64,000 bases of DNA from Candidatus Latescibacterota bacterium (GCA_965204725.1 OZ242005.1:3008001-3072000); one strand, 5' to 3'. Shown: positions 16,126-24,085, numbered from the stretch's first letter. The notes: a model not told the origin generated them from the sequence alone. Made by a program: numbers and translations.

Positions 16126-17481
16126 TCAGTCAGCCGCCTCGCGCACATCCACTTGGCCGGTGACTACATCGGCGATCAGGCGCGTGCGGTATTCGCTCAA
16201 CAATTCGATCTCCCGCCGGGCGCGGGCCATGGCGGCGTCGATGGCGGCGGTCTGTTTGTCCAAATACGCGGCGATGGCGGCTTGCTCGGCGAGGGGTGGA
16301 ATGGGCAAAAGTGCGGATTTGATGGCATGATGAGACAAGCCATAGCGAGTTACCCCGTTGGCCGCTAGGTGAAACTGAGAAGCAATCGCCGAACTCTGTA
16401 AAGAATGAAAAAGATACGCACCGTTGAGCACAGCCCTCAAAGGACGAAGCAAGGCCAAATGGTAGCCGCAAACCAAGTCTTTAGCCGAATACTCAACGAA
16501 GGCAGGCACCCCAATGTCGTTCCATACTTCCGAATCTTTGGTAATCAGAACGTCGCCGAGTTCTAACCGAAAGCGAGCCATTTCGTCCGCCTTAGCCGTG
16601 GCTCGCATAAACGGCACACTCTCGGTAATGCGGTCGTTTTTGTACACGTCAACATAATTGCAAAGTCGGACGGGAAGTTCGTCGTCTTTGCTATGTTTAT
16701 CAACGTTACTCACTCGCATATTGACCGCGTGTCGCAGCCGCCGCACTTCCCAATGTGCGGGCACATCGCCTAGCCACTCGACGCCAGAGGGCTTGAGGGG
16801 CACATCCGGGTCAAGTCCGCGTGTGACCGCCTCGTGGATAACGGCCTGCCGATACTCTTTGAGCAACTCGATGAGCCGTTCCCTGCTGCGGAGGTAGCGG
16901 CGGATGCGTCCGTCGGTGTGGTCGAGGTAGCGGACGATGGCGGCTTGTTCGGCGAGAGGTGGGACAGGGAGTGGGTAGTTGGCCACGAATGCCTGCGGTA
17001 CGCGTTGTTGACCGGCTGCACCCGTCATCGCCTCAGCACCGGAATGTCGAAATGGTGCAAGAGTGGTCAGGCGGTACAGAAACTGTGAGGAGATAGACGA
17101 TCCCGCTCGTAAGACGTGAAATTCCGTTGAACCGAAACCGATTTCCGTAGATAAGGCGCGAAGACACGCGCCCTTGCCATTCTCAAAGCACGGGGTGATT
17201 TTGGCAACAAGAACATCGTCTCGGCGGAAATAAGTAAAGCCGTTCCAAACGTCAGAAGCAGAGACCATTTTCTCATCTATTTCCCCATCGGTCCCTACTC
17301 GCTCCATGGGAAGAAACGTCACCGGCGTATCTGCTGTAAGGAATGTACGCGCTTCGGTCCTGCTCGGGTTCAATGAGGCGACCCACTTCAACCGCCGCAC
17401 CTCCCAATGCGCCGGCACTTCGCCAAGCCACTTGACGCCGGAGGGCTTGTAGGATGGGTAGGGTTTCAGGTTCGTAGTCAC
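16126..17481 (-). CDS. hsdS: Type I RM specificity subunit, copy 2 (different TRD1, same TRD2 as copy 1)
   Basis: Same conserved blocks as copy 1; TRD1 contains AKITPCFENGK...GSTEFHVLR; C-terminal half near-identical to copy 1. Confidence 0.95.
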   Translation of the reverse strand: MTTNLKPYPSYKPSGVKWLGEVPAHWEVRRLKWVASLNPSRTEARTFLTADTPVTFLPMERVGTDGEIDEKMVSASDVWNGFTYFRRDDVLVAKITPCFENGKGACLRALSTEIGFGSTEFHVLRAGSSISSQFLYRLTTLAPFRHSGAEAMTGAAGQQRVPQAFVANYPLPVPPLAEQAAIVRYLDHTDGRIRRYLRSRERLIELLKEYRQAVIHEAVTRGLDPDVPLKPSGVEWLGDVPAHWEVRRLRHAVNMRVSNVDKHSKDDELPVRLCNYVDVYKNDRITESVPFMRATAKADEMARFRLELGDVLITKDSEVWNDIGVPAFVEYSAKDLVCGYHLALLRPLRAVLNGAYLFHSLQSSAIASQFHLAANGVTRYGLSHHAIKSALLPIPPLAEQAAIAAYLDKQTAAIDAAMARARREIELLSEYRTRLIADVVTGQVDVREAAD

Positions 17482-17696
17482 TTTACTATCCTAAGTCACA
17501 GCAATTTTCAAGGCAGGTCATACAATTTGCGTATTTATGCCAGAAAATACTGAGTTCACGACGATGAGCGGTCAATCAAGGGTATTCGACGAGGGTGATT
17601 ATAGATGCTTGTGAAGATGTACTCTCCGGGTTACAGATACTCATAATGCTTAGGCTCACAGTGATCGATTGTGACGTTCATCTGCTTCGATGCCTG

Positions 17697-18617
17697 TCAG
17701 TCAAAGGATAAATCGTCAGCTATATCTTCAACTGTCTTTCGGTGCGCTTCTGATTGCTGGAGGCGCCTTTCGCTTTCCCTACGCTTGTGTTCGAGGCTGT
17801 TGGCCTCCTCCACGTTCGCTCTATCAACACATAGCATCAGTGTCTTGCGATGATACTTCTTAACTTCTTCGATTGTAGTCCCATCTAGTACGATCTTCGC
17901 GCCGGAAACTCTGGCAATGCCTGGACGATGCATAGAGGTGAAACTTGGGGGGGAATTCCAAGTTTGCACAAAGATACCAGACCATAGGGATGAAGGTTCC
18001 CGATTAAGTCTGAAAGGTACGGTGTAAAGAGCGGAGCCCGGTGTACCATCCAGTGTCGGTTCTGTAACTTCATCAACGATGACATCAACAATTTTAATCG
18101 GTTCGTCCGACGGTGATTCCTCCATAGGCTCCGAGTAGGCGGGCCGAGACGAGGTTTGAAGTGGCGGAGCGACAGGTCTTTCCCCTAGTAGCGTAACTAT
18201 AAGATCAGGATAGTTTTTCTTGTATTGTTCCGGCGTACTCAAATCAATATAGCATTTCCCTTTCAGCCATGATGGGGCTGAATCTTTCCACTTATCACGG
18301 GCAAGAATTGGGATGAACTTACGGTGATTGCTTTGATTAAGCACTTCACTAGTCATGATATCTCCCTCATATCCAACACCACCCCGTCTTTCGTCTGACT
18401 TTATCCGATAGTTGGGCGTACAGATGATCAAAACATAATCATTTTCTCGTATCTCTTTTTCCATGAAGGCTGGGAATTGATCGCCAGGAGCAGTATGCCA
18501 CTGATCTAGAATCGTCTCGACTCCATCGGCGCGAAGTTTGGTCGCCAAGTCTGCAACCCACTTCTTGTGAGAATCACCATCCCATGAATAAGATATGAAG
18601 GCTTTTGGAGCACCCAT
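17697..18617 (-). CDS. SEFIR/TIR domain protein with an unassigned C-terminal domain
   Basis: KAFISYSWD...WVADLATKLRADGV...LDQW...VLIICTPNY...GGVGYEG...KFIPIL; visibly lower GC than the core genes. Confidence 0.85.
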   Translation of the reverse strand: MGAPKAFISYSWDGDSHKKWVADLATKLRADGVETILDQWHTAPGDQFPAFMEKEIRENDYVLIICTPNYRIKSDERRGGVGYEGDIMTSEVLNQSNHRKFIPILARDKWKDSAPSWLKGKCYIDLSTPEQYKKNYPDLIVTLLGERPVAPPLQTSSRPAYSEPMEESPSDEPIKIVDVIVDEVTEPTLDGTPGSALYTVPFRLNREPSSLWSGIFVQTWNSPPSFTSMHRPGIARVSGAKIVLDGTTIEEVKKYHRKTLMLCVDRANVEEANSLEHKRRESERRLQQSEAHRKTVEDIADDLSFD

Positions 18618-18691
18618 GAGTTGTTATTCCTTCTCTCAATGCTAATTTCAAATGAATTACTTAAATAAAAAAAGATTGCATAGCCTAAGAA

Positions 18692-20164
18692 TCAAGACCT
18701 CCGAAATATCCTATCGAAAAGCTTGACGACATAACGCCAAATCCCACGCCATATAGATTGCGGCGGCTCCGTGTATTTTTCCTCTACCAAATAGGGTGGG
18801 TTTTCCTCATCCCCCTGTGCGCGACGCTGACGGAAAGAGCAATAGGGATGGCATTCGTCATTGATAATCCGCGTCTCGGCGGTCACAAATTGGTAGTCCT
18901 GTTGCCGCACTAACGGCCACCACTCCTCGGCGAGCAGGTAGCGAAGCATCAAATTCACCTCCATCCCGGCAACGCCCACGCTGAAAGGAAATACATTTTG
19001 ATTGCCGACCCGCTCTTCAGGCGGCAAGTTGTTGACGTAAGACGGATCATCGAGTGACCCGTCCAATTCCACAACCACCATACTCGAATTGTATTGTTTG
19101 CTGCAACGCAGACACTGATGATAGGGCGTAACGAGGTGTGTGCGCCAATGCGCTGAAAACAGACTGTCTTTGCGGCGGTCTGTTTCCACTGCGATCCCGC
19201 CATCAATAACCGGAATCAAATGCGCTTGTGCGAGATAGTTTAAGACATCGCGGGCAACTGGCCGGTCAACACAACTAAAAAGAAGATCGCAATCCAACGC
19301 GGCCTTGTAAGCCTCGCTGTTGTGAACCGAAACCGGCAAAGCCGTTATTTGGATGCTTTCAGCCGTCGCATTGCGCCGCATCGCTCGGGCTGCCAAATCG
19401 ACTTTTAATTCACCGATGTCGTGTACTGTTCCGTAGAGCAAGCGGTCGAGATTGTGCTCCTCAACTTTATCGGGGTCGATCAGAGTAACTTGTGCGATTC
19501 CAATTCGAGCCATGGCCTCGGCGACGATGCACCCGACGCTGCCAAGTCCGACAATGCCGATCTTCAAACGTGAGATCGTATTCTGCGATTCGCGCCCCCA
19601 CGTATCAAAAGTGCGCCTGAGTATATCCCTCCGTAGTGGGGGCGGCGCAATGTCGTCGTTAAAATAAATTTTGTAGGACTGCGGCCCGACAACGCGGACC
19701 TTCTCGCACCAATGGCGACGCATCTCCCCGCCATCTCTCTCCCAAAAACGCGCACTCCAGCAACCGTCGGTCCCGATTGTCAGCCCTACCAACGGCAAGC
19801 CGGTCGCTCCCGCCGGATACGCTAGAACATCTCGCTCTGCTTCGACATCGGCAGCACTCATTCCCTGCCATCCATCGCTTGGATGGCTGTGCATAAACGC
19901 CAACCCCGCCCTTTTTTTCAGGGCTATTTTCATCGCCCGTGCGAGGTACGCAGGCTCGAAACTAACGTTGCCGTGCAGCAGTCGCTCGCCTTCTTGGGGT
20001 AGGATGATTTCGTCTATCAGCGCGGTGCGGCGCAGCTTGCCTGTAGAGGGGTGCCACAGAGCAAAGCACAGATCTTCTTGGGGCGTGTCGCGCTTGTAGT
20101 GTTGTAGTAAGTGATCGTTGGAAGTTGAATCCGCCTCTGCGGTGAGAACGGCCTCGACCCTCAT
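18692..20164 (-). CDS. JAB/JAMM peptidase fused to ThiF/E1-like adenylyltransferase (BubCD-like)
   Basis: N-part QED...FMHSHP...MSAAD (E...HxH-x7-S-x2-D). C-part GIVGLGSVG, DPDKVEEHNLDR, CVD, CLRC and C..YC. ATG overlaps the upstream TGA. Confidence 0.88.
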   Translation of the reverse strand: MRVEAVLTAEADSTSNDHLLQHYKRDTPQEDLCFALWHPSTGKLRRTALIDEIILPQEGERLLHGNVSFEPAYLARAMKIALKKRAGLAFMHSHPSDGWQGMSAADVEAERDVLAYPAGATGLPLVGLTIGTDGCWSARFWERDGGEMRRHWCEKVRVVGPQSYKIYFNDDIAPPPLRRDILRRTFDTWGRESQNTISRLKIGIVGLGSVGCIVAEAMARIGIAQVTLIDPDKVEEHNLDRLLYGTVHDIGELKVDLAARAMRRNATAESIQITALPVSVHNSEAYKAALDCDLLFSCVDRPVARDVLNYLAQAHLIPVIDGGIAVETDRRKDSLFSAHWRTHLVTPYHQCLRCSKQYNSSMVVVELDGSLDDPSYVNNLPPEERVGNQNVFPFSVGVAGMEVNLMLRYLLAEEWWPLVRQQDYQFVTAETRIINDECHPYCSFRQRRAQGDEENPPYLVEEKYTEPPQSIWRGIWRYVVKLFDRIFRRS

Positions 20165-20532
20165 ACGTCCTTCCAAATTCGCCGCAAGTGTTCGTTTATG
20201 TAGGCATACATGTGATTTGTCGGTAACTGATCCCATATATCCCCCGGGGGTCTGCTCATTGCGAGCCATTCGCGCCCATTGGCGTTGTATCTTTCAACCA
20301 CGCCGCCTCTCCCGTCGTCAATTGGCGGGGTTATATGGATCCAGTGGGGAGGGTAGTCAGGATACCCAGTCTCTTGAAAGCTGACGCCTACCGCGACTTG
20401 CTCGCCTTTGTGAGAGCCGGTTTCAATCGTGTAGTCAAACGAAACTACTTTTCCGCGTGGGCTATCAGACCACGATGTTTCATACCCCAAGGCTTCCAAC
20501 TCAGCCTTTATCCGATTGATGTCGTCGGACAT
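20161..20532 (-). CDS. Prokaryotic E2/UBC-like protein (E2 family E, BubB-like), no cysteine
   Basis: GYPDYPPHWIH and W.AMSR..W motifs; lies between Ubl and JAB-E1; no Cys in 123 aa. Confidence 0.75.
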   Translation of the reverse strand: MSDDINRIKAELEALGYETSWSDSPRGKVVSFDYTIETGSHKGEQVAVGVSFQETGYPDYPPHWIHITPPIDDGRGGVVERYNANGREWLAMSRPPGDIWDQLPTNHMYAYINEHLRRIWKDV

Positions 20533-20542
20533 TCTTCTTTGC

Positions 20543-20779
20543 CTATGCTACTGGCGTGGGCTTATTGGGAATCGTAATGAATAGGTTATCCTCCTCCAGA
20601 TCGACCCAGTCACCCCAGCCATACTGCCCTTTGGCACCCTGCAGAAGGTAATCCTTCAGCCTACCGGGGATGGCTCCATTCTTTTCAGCGAGCTCCAGAA
20701 TATCGTGGGCGACGACTCCTATATACGACGTGGTCATTTCAATGCCGTTTACTTTGAGCGTGAATTCTTTTTCAGCCAT
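20543..20779 (-). CDS. Ubiquitin-like beta-grasp protein (multiubiquitin/BubA-like, single domain)
   Basis: 78 aa FTLKVNG...AHDILELA...DYLL...DWVDL...FITIP plus tail NKPTPVA; AGGAGG RBS; first gene of the E2/E1 operon. Confidence 0.72.
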   Translation of the reverse strand: MAEKEFTLKVNGIEMTTSYIGVVAHDILELAEKNGAIPGRLKDYLLQGAKGQYGWGDWVDLEEDNLFITIPNKPTPVA

Positions 20780-20828
20780 TTTGGGCCTCCTGACGTTAGT
20801 TATCTCAGACAGTAACACTCAGTACTGT

Positions 20829-20858
20829 ACTGTAACAGATACTATACTAGAGTGTCAA
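20829..20858 (-). promoter_or_regulatory. Putative sigma70 promoter for the Ubl-E2-JAB/E1 operon
   Basis: Minus strand TTGACA (20858-20853), 18-nt spacer ending TGT, then TACAGT (20834-20829). Confidence 0.55.
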
Positions 20859-20867
20859 GCTCGCCGA

Positions 20868-21112
20868 TCATTCGCCATCGGCCCCGATGATCTCCGCGAG
20901 CACCGCTTCATTTTCGCGCTCCAACATTAGGGTGTCGGCGCGGATTCCGCTTCGGGAGCGCAGCGGTTGCGGCTTGTAAAAATGCCGGGATGTCTCTCGA
21001 CCGGGTAGGGGCTGAGGTTGATCTCTGGCGACAGGAATTTCTCAATGAGCGCGCCGAGCACATCGGCGTCGGACAAGCGCGGAATCTAGTTGCGAAACTC
21101 GAAGTTCTTCAA
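20868..21112 (-). pseudogene. hsdM: Internally deleted hsdM relic
   Basis: 20874-20989 matches hsdM 7384-7499 and 20984-21112 matches hsdM 8998-9126, joined at a shared GCCGGG; CAG to TAG stop at 21086-21088. Confidence 0.92.
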
Positions 21113-21206
21113 TTGGTTAAATCCTTTACTAACTTCTGTTATAGAGCAGGCGCGATTGGCAAAGAATAGTCTCCAAAACGGCTTGCTGTTCGGCGTTGGG
21201 TTTCTG

Positions 21207-21344
21207 ATGGACTGGCAAACGCCCGTGGCCGTCGCCATTGCCGCGCTCGCCGCAGTGTATGTGTTGTGGCGTTTAGCGCGGCCTTTTTTCCGCAACCAAT
21301 CCCACCGCGACGAACCGCTGCAAATAGACGACTCAGACGACTAG
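21207..21344 (+). CDS. Small single-TM membrane protein
   Basis: MDWQTPVAVAIAALAAVYVLWRLARPFFR...: hydrophobic helix followed by basic residues; convergent with dprA. Confidence 0.5.
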   Translation: MDWQTPVAVAIAALAAVYVLWRLARPFFRNQSHRDEPLQIDDSDD

Positions 21345-22429
21345 CTGCGGGGTGACTCCGCTCGCCGCAAAAACCGCTTGCCCGCAAGCTGCTCTACTAG
21401 GCCGTCGAGTTCCAACCGCAGCAGCACGTCGAGCAGGGTCGCGGGCGGCAGGGTGCTGTTTTGGGCGAGCTCGTCGATGTGCTGGGGTTGGCGCGAGAGC
21501 AGGGCATAGACGCTGTCTTCTTCTGGGGGAAGAACGGGCGCGGGCGTGGGCGCATTTTGCGGGGCCGTCCAGATAGCCAATTCCTCTAGCACATCCTCCA
21601 CATCCTCGACCAGTTTCGCCCCGTCTTTGATGAGCCGGTGACAACCCGCGTTGCGGCCCGAACGCACATCCCCGGGCACGGCGAAAACCTCGCGGTTTTG
21701 ATCGAGTGCGTGTTGGGCCGTAATCAGCGCGCCGCTCTTTTGCGGGGCCGCGACGATGAGTACCCCCAAGCTCAGCCCGCTGATGATGCGGTTGCGGCGC
21801 GGGAAGGCCCCGCGCTCGGGCGGCGCCCCCCAAGCAAACTCGGAAACAATGGCCCCGCGCTCGCGGATTTGGCGATAGAGCGAGGCATGGGCACTCGGAT
21901 AGGCCACATCGGCCCCACAGCCCAACACCGCGATGGTGCGGCCGCCGGCCGCGAGCGCGGCCGCGTGAGCCGCGGCGTCAATGCCGAAAGCCAAGCCGCT
22001 GACGATGCAGACGCCGCGCCCCACTAGCTCGCGGGCCAGCTCGGCCGCGAGCTGCTTGCTGTCGCTCGATGCCCGGCGCGAGCCGACGATAGCCACCGTA
22101 GGAGGGGCCAAGTCGTCTGGACCCAGCGCGAACAGCACGGGGGGCGGCGCGGCGATTTGGCCGAGGAGTTGGGGATAGTTCGCGTCCTGCGGGGATAGAC
22201 AGCGCCCGCCGCTGGCGCAGAGCCGTTGCCATTGCTCGGCCGCCCAAGCGAAATCGTCCTGCGTCGGCCGCTGTTCGAGGGCGTTGGCTCCCACGGCCGC
22301 AGTCCAATCGGCCGCGTCGAGGGCCGCTTGGGCCGAGCCAAAGTGGTCGAGCAAACGCCGCACGCGCCCGAGCCGCTCGGCTTGGCTCAGCGCGAGTAGG
22401 GCCTGCACTTCGCGTTGGGACTCAGGCAT
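21341..22429 (-). CDS. dprA: DNA-processing protein DprA
   Basis: VAIVGSR, IVSGLAFGIDAAAH, FPRRNRIISGLS, SGALITA, REVFAVPG; C-terminal winged helix. Confidence 0.96.
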   Translation of the reverse strand: MPESQREVQALLALSQAERLGRVRRLLDHFGSAQAALDAADWTAAVGANALEQRPTQDDFAWAAEQWQRLCASGGRCLSPQDANYPQLLGQIAAPPPVLFALGPDDLAPPTVAIVGSRRASSDSKQLAAELARELVGRGVCIVSGLAFGIDAAAHAAALAAGGRTIAVLGCGADVAYPSAHASLYRQIRERGAIVSEFAWGAPPERGAFPRRNRIISGLSLGVLIVAAPQKSGALITAQHALDQNREVFAVPGDVRSGRNAGCHRLIKDGAKLVEDVEDVLEELAIWTAPQNAPTPAPVLPPEEDSVYALLSRQPQHIDELAQNSTLPPATLLDVLLRLELDGLVEQLAGKRFLRRAESPRS

Positions 22430-22916
22430 TTTGGAATTTCTCCCGCAGGCGTTGCTCGATACAAGGGGGCACGAACTGGTTCAACTGCCCGCCCATTTGC
22501 GCCACTTGGCGCACGACCGACGAACTGAGATACATGTACTCGGCCTTGGTCATTAGAAAGACCGTGTCGAACTCTGGCCACAGCGAGCGATTGGTCAAGG
22601 CCATGGCGAACTCGTGCTCAAAGTCGGTGACCGCCCGCAGGCCCCGCACGGCCGTGCGTATGTTGTGCTGCCGCGCATAGTCAACGGTTAAGCCGTCGTG
22701 AAAATCGACGTTGGCTTGCGGCCAGTGGCTAATGGCCTCGGAGATCATCGCCCGGCTCTCCGCCAGCGAAAAGAGCGGCTTTTTGTTGGGATTGATCGCC
22801 ACCAGCAGGGTGACTTGGGAGAAGATGCCCAAGGCCCGTTCTAGAATGTTTAGGTGGCCCAAGGTGATGGGGTCGAAACTGCCGGGATAGATGGCTGCGT
22901 CTGCAAAGCGGTTCAT
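22422..22916 (-). CDS. coaD: Phosphopantetheine adenylyltransferase
   Basis: AIYPGSFDPITLGH, RGLRAVTDFEHE, LSSSVVR. Confidence 0.97.
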   Translation of the reverse strand: MNRFADAAIYPGSFDPITLGHLNILERALGIFSQVTLLVAINPNKKPLFSLAESRAMISEAISHWPQANVDFHDGLTVDYARQHNIRTAVRGLRAVTDFEHEFAMALTNRSLWPEFDTVFLMTKAEYMYLSSSVVRQVAQMGGQLNQFVPPCIEQRLREKFQNA

Positions 22917-24085
22917 CAGGGCGCGTCCACAACAATGTCCACAGCCGCGTAGAGCCGCGCCTTGACCCAGCCGTGCTCGTCGCTCTCGACGGGCATGAGC
23001 AAGACCTCTCCGAGGGTCGCGACCTCCTCGGCCTGTTGAAACTGCTGTAAGAAGGCGTCAATCTGCTGAGGGGCCCCAATGCCCCGCAATTTTTGCCGCT
23101 GTTGGATGCGCGCCGGCGACGAGCGCTTGAGGAGAGGCTCGTGAATCGACAGGCTGTCTAAGCCACTCGCGTCGGCCCAGCCGGCCACCTTGCCTAAGAA
23201 TTGCTCGGCTTGGCCAGAGGAGAGGGCGGCCAGTGGAGGGGGGGCCTGCTCAACAAAGCGGCCTTGAAATGAGAAGCGCAACGCACGTTCCTCCCACCAA
23301 GTCGAAAACGAAACCCGCGATGGAAATGCTTGCAAGCCAAGCCTGAACTCGCGCAGCACGGTGTGCGAGGGGGTGGTCCCCTCCAGCCAGTACTCCCCGG
23401 CCGAGTTACAGTTCAGCGAAGCCACGCGAATCCCGGCGGGAACCTGTTGGGCGATCTGCATGGCTTGGTGGCAGGCCGTGCTGCGTTGGAGCGCGGGGGC
23501 GGGGCGGGACGGGGCTTTGCTGGGGGCGATTTCTCGTGGACTCGGAGTGGTATCTCGTTGCGCTATGGGACTGGGGCTGGACTCTTGTATGGGGCTGGAC
23601 GTGGTGTCTTGTTCTATTCCGGGACTGGGGACGGCCTCTTGCTGGACCACCGGCTCGGCGGTTTTCTCTTGCTGGGCTACGGGACTGGGGGCGGTCTCTT
23701 GCGCTGCCGCAGGGCTGGATTCGATTTCTTGTTGCACTACGGCAGGGCTGGGGTTGGCCTCTTGCTGGGCTACAGAACTGGAGTCGGTCTCTTGCGCTGT
23801 CGCGATCTCTGGGGTGGTTTCTTGCTGGGCTAAGGGGCTTGGGGCGGGTTCTTGCTGGACTATCGGGCTTGGGGTGGTTTCTTGCTGAGTTACCGGACTA
23901 GGGGCGGTTTCTTGCTCGACTACCGGGCTAGGAGGAGCGACCTCTTGCTGAGTTACCGGGCTTGGAGCGGAACCCGAGTAGTGAAAATGGTAGAGCCAGT
24001 ATAGGCCCCCACAGACGATCAAGGCCGAAAGCAAGGCTTTGGGCCAAGGCGACCGCCGCCGACCGACCAGTTCGACGCGGATCAT
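22916..24085 (-). CDS. Membrane-anchored protein with a Pro/Gln-rich repeat linker (PilN/PilO-like position)
   Basis: N-terminal MIRVELV plus a TM helix, ~14 repeats of about 10 aa, then a C-terminal globular region; ATG overlaps the pilM-like stop. Confidence 0.6.
   Translation of the reverse strand: MIRVELVGRRRSPWPKALLSALIVCGGLYWLYHFHYSGSAPSPVTQQEVAPPSPVVEQETAPSPVTQQETTPSPIVQQEPAPSPLAQQETTPEIATAQETDSSSVAQQEANPSPAVVQQEIESSPAAAQETAPSPVAQQEKTAEPVVQQEAVPSPGIEQDTTSSPIQESSPSPIAQRDTTPSPREIAPSKAPSRPAPALQRSTACHQAMQIAQQVPAGIRVASLNCNSAGEYWLEGTTPSHTVLREFRLGLQAFPSRVSFSTWWEERALRFSFQGRFVEQAPPPLAALSSGQAEQFLGKVAGWADASGLDSLSIHEPLLKRSSPARIQQRQKLRGIGAPQQIDAFLQQFQQAEEVATLGEVLLMPVESDEHGWVKARLYAAVDIVVDAP
23536..23965 (-). 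repeat. Intragenic ~30-bp tandem repeats encoding PSP(V/I)xQQE(T)x
   Basis: cttgctg recurs with 30-bp periodicity (e.g. 23821, 23851, 23881). Confidence 0.85.

Noticed and set aside
552-17481. Invertase-driven hsdS phase variation (shufflon)
   Set aside because: The copies are in direct orientation and no site-specific recombinase is present in the window.
18692-20779. Type II CBASS (Cap2/Cap3)
   Set aside because: No CD-NTase. The architecture is free Ubl, free E2 and JAB-E1, not an E2-E1 fusion plus separate JAB.
20817-20845. LexA/SOS box over the Ubl promoter
   Set aside because: CTGT...ACAG spacing is 6 nt rather than the 8 nt of the E. coli-type box. Short palindromes exist but cannot be assigned.
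1917-20868. Integron gene cassettes with attC sites
   Set aside because: No convincing attC-like palindromes between genes and no integrase found by eye.
23536-23965. 30-bp periodic repeats as a possible CRISPR array
   Set aside because: Degenerate, contiguous, in-frame coding repeats with no unique spacers and no cas genes.
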